This document shows, one piece after another, positions 30,966 through 40,729 of a stretch of DNA of 59,964 nt. The notes beneath the pieces were generated by a model, which did no database searches, had not been told where the DNA came from, and saw only the letters and a program-made list of their open reading frames with translations. Each line of letters opens with the position of its first letter. The stretch's first letter is position 1. The stretch is from assembly GCA_031255525.1 (NCBI GenBank), contig JAIRSJ010000095.1, forward strand, positions 1-59,964, read 5' to 3'. Origin of the DNA: Campylobacteraceae bacterium (lineage in GTDB: Bacteria > Campylobacterota > Campylobacteria > Campylobacterales > Campylobacteraceae). The position numbers were made by a program, and so were the translations under genes.

Positions 30966-31460
30966 CTATTTAAGACTATTTTTTACCAGATCCGTCCACT
31001 TCTTGATACTATCTTCCAATAAATCTCCTTCAACCTCTCTATCTATAACAAGTCCTATAAATTTGCCATCCGCCATCGCCTTTGAAAACTCAAAAGTGTA
31101 TTTATCGATCGGATTTTTATCTCCTACTACTTTAGCACCTTTCTTTACGCTCAGTTCATACAAAATGCCTACACCATCGTTAAAAGTTTTGCTGTGTCTT
31201 TTCTGATTTCCAATGCCGAAAAATGCCACTTTTTTATCCTTAAGATTAAGAGCTTCTTTATCAAATGCTTCCCAGTCATCTTGCAACTGACCGTCATAAT
31301 ATGTAGGCGTACCCATGATAAGCGCATCATAATCGTTCAATTCATCAGGAGATGTTTTGGCAATATTTATAAAATCAGCCTCCTTAAAATTACTTTTTAT
31401 GAGTTTTGCAATACCTTCAGTTGCGCCTTTTGTGCTTCCATAAACTATAGCTACAGACAT
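30966..31460 (-). CDS. long-chain flavodoxin, divergent paralog
   Basis: 164 aa, MSVAIVYGSTKGATEG... Aligns along its full length with the neighbouring fldA product but has TYYDG and GNQKRHSKTF where fldA has TWYEG and GDQESYGGEF. Confidence 0.8.
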   Translation of the reverse strand: MSVAIVYGSTKGATEGIAKLIKSNFKEADFINIAKTSPDELNDYDALIMGTPTYYDGQLQDDWEAFDKEALNLKDKKVAFFGIGNQKRHSKTFNDGVGILYELSVKKGAKVVGDKNPIDKYTFEFSKAMADGKFIGLVIDREVEGDLLEDSIKKWTDLVKNSLK

Positions 31461-31751
31461 TTTTTATCCTCAAAATTCAGTTTTGACAGGTCGTAATTGA
31501 GTGATTTTTTACTTTTTCACGCTCCGTCATTTATAAGATATATTTTATCCTATTTTTTTAAATTTGTCGTAACAATTTTTATAAATATATTAATCTATCA
31601 CATAAATGACATTGGATTTTGAAAGCTTGCATACAAAAAAGCGCTCTGACATTAAAAGTACTATTTTTGGTGCAATATCTGCAGCGTAAAAGATAAAATA
31701 TTATGAGTGGCTTTCTATCGAGACAAAAAGTATCGTTTATCATAAAAAATA

Positions 31752-31788
31752 ACTGGCGCCAATGAAACAATACGCTATCAGCGCCAGT
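31752..31788 (-). terminator. intrinsic terminator downstream of fldA
   Basis: ACTGGCGC-21 nt-GCGCCAGT. On the minus strand the hairpin is followed by TATTTTTTATG. Confidence 0.5.
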
Positions 31789-31991
31789 ATAAAAGAGTAT
31801 CCTCTACTCTCTTTTGTGCATTTTTACGTTTTTTGCAACAGTATCTTTTAGAAACAAAGAAAATTTATAAAAACTTTCGCTAATTTTGCAAATATGACCT
31901 AACAAGAAACAAGCAAACTTGCTATAAAAATGCACAAAATAAAGACTGGACACTTTTGAGAAAAAAGTAAAACCAATCTAAAATTCATAAA

Positions 31992-32486
31992 TCAAAAAAC
32001 CGATTTTATACTCTCCACCCATTTTTCAACTCTCTCTTCAGTCAAATCGCTTTGGTTGTCTTCATCAATGATAAGACCGATAAATTTCCCATCTACCACT
32101 GCCTTTGATTCCTCAAAGCTATATCCTTCGGTAGAATTTTTATCGCCGACTATTTTAGCGCCTTTTTTCAAGCTTAGCTCATACAAAGTTCCTACACCAT
32201 CACAAAATTCCCCGCCATAACTCTCTTGATCGCCAAGTCCGAAAAATGCTACGGTTTTACCTTCAAGTTCAAGCGTGTCTTTATTGAACAAATCCCAATC
32301 GTCCTGCAATTCGCCCTCATACCAAGTTGACGTACCCAAAATCAATTTATCGTAACCGTTTATCTCATTTGCATCAGCTTTGCCGATATCTATCAAATCA
32401 GCCTCTTTGCCGAGTTTTTTTTGAATAAGTTTAGCAACACTTTCGGTATTGCCGCCGCTGCTTCCGTAAACAATAGCTATTGACAT
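31992..32486 (-). CDS. fldA: flavodoxin FldA (long-chain)
   Basis: MSIAIVYGSSGGNTE..., TSTWYEGELQDDW, GLGDQESYGGEFCD. The ATG at 32486 is 6 nt from an AGGAG RBS. Confidence 0.9.
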   Translation of the reverse strand: MSIAIVYGSSGGNTESVAKLIQKKLGKEADLIDIGKADANEINGYDKLILGTSTWYEGELQDDWDLFNKDTLELEGKTVAFFGLGDQESYGGEFCDGVGTLYELSLKKGAKIVGDKNSTEGYSFEESKAVVDGKFIGLIIDEDNQSDLTEERVEKWVESIKSVF

Positions 32487-32501
32487 TTTCATCTCCTAAA
32501 A

Positions 32502-33233
32502 TTAAATGGTATATGGAACAAGCTTTACCAAATGGTCGGCAAAGCATGGATTTTTGACCTCTACGTGACGCTTGAAAGCATTGTTTCTGGGAAAGACAAT
32601 GTACAAAGATTTGATATTGCCCTTTGCAATCTTTCTCCAAGCCTCGTCTATCTCATTTTTTGCAAGATGGATTTTATCTTTGTCAAATTTTTTGAAACAC
32701 AGCATAATGCCAAGCAAACACTCACTATTTTTTTCGACCACAATCAAATCATCTTTAAAATAGACATTTTTATCCGGATTTTTACGCGCAATTTTTTCAG
32801 ATACAAATTCGGAAAAAAGCGACTTTGCATTAAACATTATTCCGCAATTTTCTGATGAAAATATCCTGAAAATCAGCATCGCCTGAGAAATCTTGGGCAA
32901 AAATGCATTTGCTTTTGTTATTGCCCTTAATTTATCAAAATCTCCCTTGATAAAAAGCGATATCAAAACAGCCGAGTATGCGTCAAATGTCTTGAGATTA
33001 TTTTTATAAAGTCTGTTTTTCACTCTCAAGCCGGAAAAGATTTTATTTTGGAATATCTCAAAAAGAGTGAAAAAACAAAAATTATTCTTAATATCAATCC
33101 TCTCCTTTTTATTAACGCAATAGTTATATTGGTTGATAAAAAACTCGCGCTGCTCTTTGGGGGGAAATGCTGAAAACAGCGCGGGGACTCTCTCGATCCA
33201 TTCTCCGTTTATTCTCTCAAAACCAAAAAGCAT
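32502..33233 (-). CDS. hypothetical protein co-transcribed with fldA (Cj1383c-position homolog)
   Basis: 243 aa with no motif I can name. 15 nt upstream of fldA and 4 nt downstream of the DUF2325 gene. Confidence 0.6.
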   Translation of the reverse strand: MLFGFERINGEWIERVPALFSAFPPKEQREFFINQYNYCVNKKERIDIKNNFCFFTLFEIFQNKIFSGLRVKNRLYKNNLKTFDAYSAVLISLFIKGDFDKLRAITKANAFLPKISQAMLIFRIFSSENCGIMFNAKSLFSEFVSEKIARKNPDKNVYFKDDLIVVEKNSECLLGIMLCFKKFDKDKIHLAKNEIDEAWRKIAKGNIKSLYIVFPRNNAFKRHVEVKNPCFADHLVKLVPYTI

Positions 33234-33237
33234 TTTT

Positions 33238-33564
33238 CTAAAAACTACTTTGACATTCGACGCAATTATAATCCCTGTTTAAGCCGAATATTTTGCAATA
33301 CTCGCTATACACGCAACTTACACTTCTTTTTGCGCAAACCACAGGTATATTGCGTTTTTTAGCTTGAGATTTAAAAAGCTTCATAGTATTATGATTTAAA
33401 AAACTCGTCAGCATCACAATGCATTCGGTATTTTGCGGAATAATCTTTCTATTAACACTGCTTTTTTTTCTAGCATCCCAATGTACAACTTCGTCTGCTC
33501 CGAGATTATTTAATACGGCCTTTATCGGATTTATCTCATCGGCGCCTATAACAAGTACGGACAT
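33238..33564 (-). CDS. DUF2325-like small protein with a Cys-rich tail
   Basis: 108 aa. MSVLVIGADE...VVHWDARK...IVMLTSFLNHNTMKLFKSQAKKRNIPVV resembles DUF2325 as I remember it. The tail reads C-x6-C-x5-C-x10-C-x2-C. Confidence 0.55.
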   Translation of the reverse strand: MSVLVIGADEINPIKAVLNNLGADEVVHWDARKKSSVNRKIIPQNTECIVMLTSFLNHNTMKLFKSQAKKRNIPVVCAKRSVSCVYSEYCKIFGLNRDYNCVECQSSF

Positions 33565-33950
33565 GAATTTTTCCTAAGTGTCATTTTTTTGATAATGATT
33601 ATTATAAATAAAAAAGCTGAAAGTCCGCTTATTTTAATACCAATTATCAAAAATTATTAAAATCCCGGTTTCGCAATACCAAAAATATATAAAAAATACA
33701 CTCTCTCATGCTTTTTAAAGATAGTAAAACTATATTTATATATTTACTATATTATATCTATTAGGATATGTTGAATATAAAAATTTATTAATATGCGTAA
33801 AAATATATTTAAATTAAGTGATATTTAATTTTTATGAAATTTCTTTGTCATGAATTATCTCTATTATTAACACTATATTCAGTAATACATTGCGTATTAT
33901 ATTGAAAATTAAATTATTTTAATAAATTTTTAAATTGAAAGGTTATTATT

Positions 33951-34523
33951 ATGAACAAATATACCTCTTTTAAAACAGCATTTTTAAGAAACACAACGAC
34001 AGCTCAAAACAGCAGAATATTTTGGATTTTTATCACATGCGCGCTTGTATTTGCAGTACTTTTTAGTTGTTTGATCTTTAATGACTATGCAAATATACTT
34101 TTAAGCGCTGACTTTACGCATTTGAGATTCGTATTTTTACTTATTGTTCTGGCAGGAATTATTTGTGCGTTAAATCCTAAAAAATTTTCTAATATCGGAT
34201 GTGGATTTGGATTTATCGCAGCAGTTTTGGGTATTAAATACTCTTTGACACTTTGGACAACATACAGATTTTCCGAGACACAAGAGTTTTTTATACAAAG
34301 CAACTCTTTTTCCAAATTCGCAAACTGTTTTTTCAATCTATCCGAAACAAACAACGAGTGTGTATTTAGGGTCAATTCGATAACAGAAAATATTCTATCT
34401 TCTTATACGAGTGTAATTTCATTAAACGATTTTACGAATATACTAAAGTTGCATGTATGGGCATTCGTAGCAATTTCGACTCTTTTTTGCATGCTATATC
34501 TTTATAAAGAAGTTAAAATGTAG
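33951..34523 (+). CDS. hypothetical integral membrane protein
   Basis: 190 aa with 4-5 hydrophobic segments and a GAAAGG RBS. Its 3' end overlaps the convergent regulator gene by 11 nt. Confidence 0.5.
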   Translation: MNKYTSFKTAFLRNTTTAQNSRIFWIFITCALVFAVLFSCLIFNDYANILLSADFTHLRFVFLLIVLAGIICALNPKKFSNIGCGFGFIAAVLGIKYSLTLWTTYRFSETQEFFIQSNSFSKFANCFFNLSETNNECVFRVNSITENILSSYTSVISLNDFTNILKLHVWAFVAISTLFCMLYLYKEVKM

Positions 34524-35205
34524 GCCTGTTTCCTAAAATATATCCGACATTTGCAACATTCTCTATATTTATACCGAGATATTTTTTGATTCTTAGTATT
34601 ACGGTGTGTATTGTGTTTTTGTTCATACTTTTACCTCCATATACATAATCTTCTATCATCTCGTAACTTACAAGATTGTTCAGATTGTAACACAAAAGCC
34701 AAAAAACCTTGTTGTTCACATTTGTTAAAAATACCGGTTTGCCATTTTTGTATATCACCTCTTTTGTAAAATCCAACAAAACATCCTCTGCAATTTTAAC
34801 TTGCTTTTTTTTCATACTTTTGGAGAGTGCCAACATTAAAGAAATTTGCAAATCTTCAATCTCTATGGGTTTTCTTAAAAAACTAAATGCGCCGGTACGC
34901 ACGCTACTTAGGACATTTTTGTCCGTATCGTATGAGGTGATAATAACGAACGGCTGTCTTGGCTTCAACATCAAAATCTCTTTTATCATATCAAAACCGT
35001 TAAGAAGCGGTAAGTGAATATCTACTACAATGATATCTATCTTGTGTTTTTTGAAAACTTCAAGTCCCTCAAGACCATTTTTAGCATCATAATATGCCAA
35101 AAAATACTCTTTTAGTCCCTGTTTTATCATGGCTCTTGCGATACTATCGTCGTCTACCACCAAAACAGTAAAATTGCTCAAAAGCTCAAAAGTTGATTTA
35201 CGCAT
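34513..35205 (-). CDS. response regulator, receiver + winged-helix DNA-binding domain
   Basis: VLVVDDD..., IIVVDIHLPLLNG phospho-acceptor context, and a C-terminal wHTH ending VGYILG. Confidence 0.8.
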   Translation of the reverse strand: MRKSTFELLSNFTVLVVDDDSIARAMIKQGLKEYFLAYYDAKNGLEGLEVFKKHKIDIIVVDIHLPLLNGFDMIKEILMLKPRQPFVIITSYDTDKNVLSSVRTGAFSFLRKPIEIEDLQISLMLALSKSMKKKQVKIAEDVLLDFTKEVIYKNGKPVFLTNVNNKVFWLLCYNLNNLVSYEMIEDYVYGGKSMNKNTIHTVILRIKKYLGINIENVANVGYILGNRPTF

Positions 35206-35215
35206 TTTTTCTCTT

Positions 35216-36931
35216 TTATACTTTACATATTTTTCTAATACTGAAACGAAAAATTGTCGGATTGAAATTTTGGATTAACATTATATCACCCATAAGTTTT
35301 TTATTTGCTAATTTTTTTGCAAAAAACAGCCCCATACCAAAACCTTGCCGTTTACTTGATTTATAAAACGCAGAAAATATGCTTTTTTCAATTCCCTCTT
35401 TCACGCCGCGTCCAAAATCCACTACATCTATGTCAACACTCTTTTCGTGAACCTCAAATTTTATCTCTATACTGCGTTTATCAAGTCTTTTCAAATCCTC
35501 CATAGGGGCTATTGCATCGATAGAATTTTGTATAAGTACCAGCAGTATCTGCTGCACAAAATTTTCCATAGAAACTATTTTGAGATTTTTTATATTTTTA
35601 TCATGCATACAGATCATTATGTTCTTTTGTGACGCATTTGTGTATACCACTTGCAAAACACCGTTTATGGCATCTTTCAAGTAAAATTCGCTTATCTCGT
35701 TATCCGAACGATAAAAGTTGCGAAAAATATTTATTGTTTTATCCATAAGAGTTATCGATTTTTGAGATAACTTAAGATTGCTCTCGATCGTCTTTTTATC
35801 AAAAACATCACGAGATAACAATTTAATCGTACCGCTTGTGATAAGAGCTAAAGAGTTGAGAGGCTGACGAAGCTGATGATTGATAGCTGAGACCAATTCG
35901 CCTACTTCGCTCATACGAGAGCTGTATTCGAGCATTTTTTTATACTCTCTTTTTTTAGTATCCAGGCGGGAATACAAAAATGTGTAAGAGCCGTTTACTA
36001 AGACTATGAATATAATAAAAAAAATCGATATTAAAACAGCATGTTTCAAAAAAGCCTCCAAAGCCTCTTCGTGAACCTCGCTTTTATTAACACCCGCAAC
36101 TATATACCACCCGAAATCATCAAGGATATCCATTGTTATCACACCCTTATCCGTGTGGATATTTTTTGTAAAACTACCTGCAAAATTTGCGCTAAACGCT
36201 TCTTTTATCTCGTCCAGATTCAGGCTGCTGTTGTTAAATTCGGTCAAGATATTGCCATTTTCATCTATTATCAGATAATAACTGCCTTTGGGCATTTCGA
36301 ACGACTTTATTTTATCAAACAAAGAGTCTGCTTTTATAATTCCGCAATATACTCCTTTAAATTCGTTATTTCTATCAATAGGAGTGCAGATATTTATAGT
36401 CTTTACATGCAAAAATCCATGCTCTTGCATAGTCTCCATAGTAGTTTTCATCCCTTTTTTTGTATCCGTAAACCACTTTAACTTCAGATACCAAAGCTCT
36501 TCATCATCACTCTTATAATAATACCTCTCACCGTAAGAGTCCGTATAATGTTTGACATAATCGTCTATTTTCACGCCGTTTACATAAAGATATAAATCCG
36601 GGATAAGCATTTGCACAGCATCAAAACTTTTATTATTTTTCATAAAAATAGTGCTGAAAGCCTCTAATGTCTCTTCGTCATCATAAATTTCATCAACGAA
36701 TTTTGCGCTGTTTTCCATATTTGTAACGCGCTCCAAAAGCCACGTTTTAATCTCGTGATCCATATCTTTTACAATCAATACTCTCTTTTGTTCTGCAAGA
36801 TTTTCAAAATTATCCCTGATGTAATAAAAACTGTTGCCTATAATTATGATAAAAGCTACTGTAACGATAAGTATAAAATTGTAAACTTTATAGTTTTCTA
36901 CATTTTGTATAAAATCTCTTACTATCTTCAA
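35216..36931 (-). CDS. sensor histidine kinase with a periplasmic Cache-like domain
   Basis: 571 aa: TM segment, roughly 270-aa extracytoplasmic domain, second TM segment, H-box INHQLRQPLN, and an ATPase G-box RQGFGMGLFFAKKL. Confidence 0.8.
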   Translation of the reverse strand: MKIVRDFIQNVENYKVYNFILIVTVAFIIIIGNSFYYIRDNFENLAEQKRVLIVKDMDHEIKTWLLERVTNMENSAKFVDEIYDDEETLEAFSTIFMKNNKSFDAVQMLIPDLYLYVNGVKIDDYVKHYTDSYGERYYYKSDDEELWYLKLKWFTDTKKGMKTTMETMQEHGFLHVKTINICTPIDRNNEFKGVYCGIIKADSLFDKIKSFEMPKGSYYLIIDENGNILTEFNNSSLNLDEIKEAFSANFAGSFTKNIHTDKGVITMDILDDFGWYIVAGVNKSEVHEEALEAFLKHAVLISIFFIIFIVLVNGSYTFLYSRLDTKKREYKKMLEYSSRMSEVGELVSAINHQLRQPLNSLALITSGTIKLLSRDVFDKKTIESNLKLSQKSITLMDKTINIFRNFYRSDNEISEFYLKDAINGVLQVVYTNASQKNIMICMHDKNIKNLKIVSMENFVQQILLVLIQNSIDAIAPMEDLKRLDKRSIEIKFEVHEKSVDIDVVDFGRGVKEGIEKSIFSAFYKSSKRQGFGMGLFFAKKLANKKLMGDIMLIQNFNPTIFRFSIRKICKV

Positions 36932-37096
36932 TAATGAAGCCTATAACAAGTAGACATTTGGACAAACCTCTGTATTTTGGAAATATTAATTCAAATGATA
37001 GCAAATTTTTCTAATTTATAAAAGTTTATTTAATGGAAAATTTTTCGTTTAAGCGGATCTTTAAACCCACTTAAACGATTCGTATACTCTTTATCC

Positions 37097-40000
37097 TCAG
37101 ACTAATTCGTTTGAATAATCAGCCTGCGCCAAACGTTTTAACTGTCTGTATCTGCGTTTGGCATCCTCTTCGTTACGTTCAAAAAGCTCTTTTGCGTGCG
37201 CTGGATTTAATTTTTTCAAAGAAGCGTATCTGACTTCGTTATTTAAAAACTCTTCATATAAAGACCAATCTGGCTCCTTGCCTGTAATCTTGATAGGATT
37301 TTTGCCCTCTGTTTTAAGCCTCGGATCATACGTATATAAAGGCCAGTAACCGCATTTTGTGGCAAGTTCTGCTTGAGCGCCTGATTTGCCGAGTCCTCCT
37401 TTGATACCATGAGCGATACAAGGAGAATAAGCTATGATCAACGATGCTCCATCATAACTTTCCGCCTCTTCAATAGCTTTAATAGTTTGCGCCGCAGATG
37501 CATTGGAATTGATTTGTGCAACATAAATATTTTCATAAGTCATGGCTATATAACCCAAATCTTTCTTTTGCACTGCTTTGCCTGATGCTGTAAATTGTGC
37601 CACTGAACCTGTTCTTGATGATTTTGAACTTTGACCGCCCGTGTTTGAGTAAACTTCCGTGTCAAGCACCATTAAATTTACATTCTCACCGCTTGCCAAT
37701 ACATGATCAAGACCGCCGTAACCTATATCGTAAGCCCAACCGTCACCGCCAATTATCCACTGAGAGCGTTTAGCAAGATGCATTTTGAGACTTAGTATCT
37801 CTTTTACTTCTGGAATTTGTGTATTTTTCTCTAGTAGCGGTACAAGTGCGTTTCTAATCTCCAAACTTTTAACTCTATTGTTTTTAAATTCAATCCACTC
37901 TTTAAATAGCAGTGATAATTCAATCGGCGCTTTATCTTTCGCACTCTCCATCAAATCCACTATACGATGTCTCATTGTCTCCGTCGCGACCGTCATACCA
38001 AGTCCGAATTCTGCATTGTCTTCAAAAAGTGAATTTGCCCATGAAGGTCCTCTACCCTCGCTGTTTTTGCGATATGGCGTGGAAGGAGCGGACGCGCCGT
38101 AAATAGATGAGCAGCCGGTGCCATTGGCTACACTCATACTTTCTCCAAACAGTCTTGTTACAAGCGTCACGTAAGGGGTTTCGCCACATCCAGGACATGC
38201 TCCGTGAAACTCAAAAAGAGGCTGAGCAAAACCTACTCCTTTCACGCTGCCTTTATTTAAAATATTGTCTTTATATGTAACTTTTTTGAAAAGATAATCA
38301 GCGCTCTCCTGTTCTCCGTCTTCAAGTGATTCTTGCAATGGAACCATTTTCAAAGATTTCTCTTTTGTGGGGCATGCGGCTACACATAAATCACAACCCG
38401 TACAATCGAGCGGGGATGCCTGGATTTTATATTTGAGTCCTTCAACACCTTTGCCTTTAGCATCTATAGCATGAGTTTTCACTCCTAAAGGCGCTTCTGC
38501 AAACTCTTTATCATCTATCAAAAATCCTCTTATGACCGCGTGCGGACATGCAAATACGCATTGATTGCATTGTATACAATCTTTCTCTATCCATTTTGGA
38601 ACGCTAACGCCAACACCTCTTTTTTCATATTCGCTTGAACCATGCTCCATTGAGCCGTCTTCATAGCCTTTAAATACTGAAACGGCAAGCGAATCGCCTC
38701 TGGCGGCATTTACGGGTTTAGCTATTTTTTCCACATATTCCGTGCCTTTGTAGTTGTCTTTTTTCAAACCCTCTTCGTCCGGCAGATTTATCCATGCGGG
38801 ATCAACGGTAACTTTTATCAATCCTTCCGCACCTAAATCTATGGCTTTGTAATTCATCTCGACTATCTGATCACCTTTTTTGCCATAAGCTTTATAAGCT
38901 TGTTTTTTCATATACTCTTGTGCTTTTCCATAATCAATAATGTCGGCAAGTTTAAAAAACGCCGATTGCATAATTGTGTTACTGCGATTTCCAAGACCTA
39001 TTTCGCGCGCTAATTTGGTGGCGTTGATAATATAAAAATTTGCCTCTTGACGCGCTAAAATCTTTTTGACTTTATTTGGTATTCTATCTATCGTCTCTTT
39101 TTCATCCCAAATAGAGTTCAATAAAAATGTACCTTTCTTTCTTATGCCGTCAACGACATCGTAAATATCCAAATATGCTGCAACCGAACATGCAATAAAA
39201 TGCGGATTTGAAACAAGATAGGTTGAACGGATAGGTTTTTTGCCGAATCTCAAATGTGACCTTGTAAAGCCGCCCGATTTTTTGGAATCATACGCAAAAT
39301 AAGCTTGTGAATACATATCGGTCTCATCACCGATAATTTTAACCGAACTCTTATTTGCCCCAACAGTTCCGTCTGCGCCAAGTCCATAGAAAAGGCACTC
39401 TTTTGTTTCTTCATCACTCAAATCAATCCCAACTACCGGTTCAAGAGACTTAAATGTAACATCATCCGTTATACCTATGGTAAAATCCGCTTTGGGACTT
39501 CTTTCGTCCAAATTTTTAAACACTGCCAAAATATGAGATGGATTTACATCTTTTGAAGCAAGTCCGTATCTGCCGCCTATTATTAAAGGTGCGTTTTCTT
39601 TGCCGTAAAATGCAGCTCTTACATCTAAAAACAACGGTTCGCCTATAGAACCCGACTCTTTTGTTCTATCTAAAACAGCTATTTTTTTGACGGTCTCCGG
39701 CATAGCTTTAAATAGATATTTCAAGCTAAAAGGTCTGTAAAGATGCGGGGTAATAAGTCCTGTTTTTTTGCCCTTGGAGTTAAGATAATCAACAACCTCT
39801 TTTATGCACTCGGTTACGGAACCCATAGCTATTATAATGTTTTCGGCCTCTTTATGACCGTAAAACACAAACGGCGCATAATCCCTGCCCGTTGCTTTGG
39901 ATATCTCGCTCATGTATTCGGCTACTACATCGGGTAATGCTTCGTAAATTTTATTTTGCGCTTCTCGTCCCTGGAAGTATATATCATCGTTTTGCGCACT

Positions 40001-40651
40001 TCCTCTGGTTTTAGGATTGTCTGGGGTTAAGGCGCTGTCTCTAAATGCCTGCAAAGCTGTTCTGTCCAAAAGCTTGTCAAACACGTCATAATCCATAACC
40101 TCTATTTTTTGCACTTCATGCGAAGTTCTAAATCCATCAAAAAAGTGCAAAAACGGCACGCTGCCTTTTATCGCACTAAGATGTGCAACACCGGCCAAAT
40201 CCATAACTTGCTGCACAGAACCTGTAGAGAGCATGGCAAAGCCTGTTTGTCTACATGCATAAACATCTTGATGGTCTCCGAAAATTGATAGTGCATGTGT
40301 AGCAAGCGTTCTAGCACTTACATGTATAACGCCAGGAAGCAACTGTCCTGCGATTTTGTACATGTTAGGAATTTTTAAAAGCAATCCTTGCGAAGCAGTA
40401 TAGGTTGTAGTTAATGCGCCGGCTTGCAAAGAACCATGCACAGTACCGGCAGCACCGCCTTCGCTTTGCATCTCAACAACCTTAACAGGCATTCCGAATA
40501 GATTTTTCTTGCCCTGCGCAGCCCATATATCAGTAAAATCAGCCATCGGGGAAGATGGAGTGATAGGATATATTCCCGCAACTTCAGTAAATGCGTAAGC
40601 GGCATAAGCGGCAGCCTCATTGCCGTCCATTGTTCTCATAACCTTAGCCAT
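37097..40651 (-). CDS. por: pyruvate:flavodoxin/ferredoxin oxidoreductase (single-polypeptide PFOR)
   Basis: About 1184 aa. MDGNEAAAYAAYAFTEVAGIYPITPSS, two ferredoxin-type motifs (CIQCNQCVFACP and CTGCDLCVAACP), and TPP-site GGDGWAYDIG. ATG at 40651 with an AAGGAT RBS. Confidence 0.95.
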   Translation of the reverse strand: MAKVMRTMDGNEAAAYAAYAFTEVAGIYPITPSSPMADFTDIWAAQGKKNLFGMPVKVVEMQSEGGAAGTVHGSLQAGALTTTYTASQGLLLKIPNMYKIAGQLLPGVIHVSARTLATHALSIFGDHQDVYACRQTGFAMLSTGSVQQVMDLAGVAHLSAIKGSVPFLHFFDGFRTSHEVQKIEVMDYDVFDKLLDRTALQAFRDSALTPDNPKTRGSAQNDDIYFQGREAQNKIYEALPDVVAEYMSEISKATGRDYAPFVFYGHKEAENIIIAMGSVTECIKEVVDYLNSKGKKTGLITPHLYRPFSLKYLFKAMPETVKKIAVLDRTKESGSIGEPLFLDVRAAFYGKENAPLIIGGRYGLASKDVNPSHILAVFKNLDERSPKADFTIGITDDVTFKSLEPVVGIDLSDEETKECLFYGLGADGTVGANKSSVKIIGDETDMYSQAYFAYDSKKSGGFTRSHLRFGKKPIRSTYLVSNPHFIACSVAAYLDIYDVVDGIRKKGTFLLNSIWDEKETIDRIPNKVKKILARQEANFYIINATKLAREIGLGNRSNTIMQSAFFKLADIIDYGKAQEYMKKQAYKAYGKKGDQIVEMNYKAIDLGAEGLIKVTVDPAWINLPDEEGLKKDNYKGTEYVEKIAKPVNAARGDSLAVSVFKGYEDGSMEHGSSEYEKRGVGVSVPKWIEKDCIQCNQCVFACPHAVIRGFLIDDKEFAEAPLGVKTHAIDAKGKGVEGLKYKIQASPLDCTGCDLCVAACPTKEKSLKMVPLQESLEDGEQESADYLFKKVTYKDNILNKGSVKGVGFAQPLFEFHGACPGCGETPYVTLVTRLFGESMSVANGTGCSSIYGASAPSTPYRKNSEGRGPSWANSLFEDNAEFGLGMTVATETMRHRIVDLMESAKDKAPIELSLLFKEWIEFKNNRVKSLEIRNALVPLLEKNTQIPEVKEILSLKMHLAKRSQWIIGGDGWAYDIGYGGLDHVLASGENVNLMVLDTEVYSNTGGQSSKSSRTGSVAQFTASGKAVQKKDLGYIAMTYENIYVAQINSNASAAQTIKAIEEAESYDGASLIIAYSPCIAHGIKGGLGKSGAQAELATKCGYWPLYTYDPRLKTEGKNPIKITGKEPDWSLYEEFLNNEVRYASLKKLNPAHAKELFERNEEDAKRRYRQLKRLAQADYSNELV

Positions 40652-40729
40652 AAATACTATCCTTATAATCAATATAAAAGTAGGTGATTTTACCCACTAT
40701 TTTCTTAATTATTTAAAAAAATGAGAGGT

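Noticed and set aside
33159-33164. G6 (C6 on the coding strand) homopolymer inside the 243-aa gene, considered as a phase-variation tract.
   Set aside because: Campylobacter contingency loci use poly-G/C tracts of about 8 or more. Six is too short, and I saw no longer G/C run anywhere in the window.
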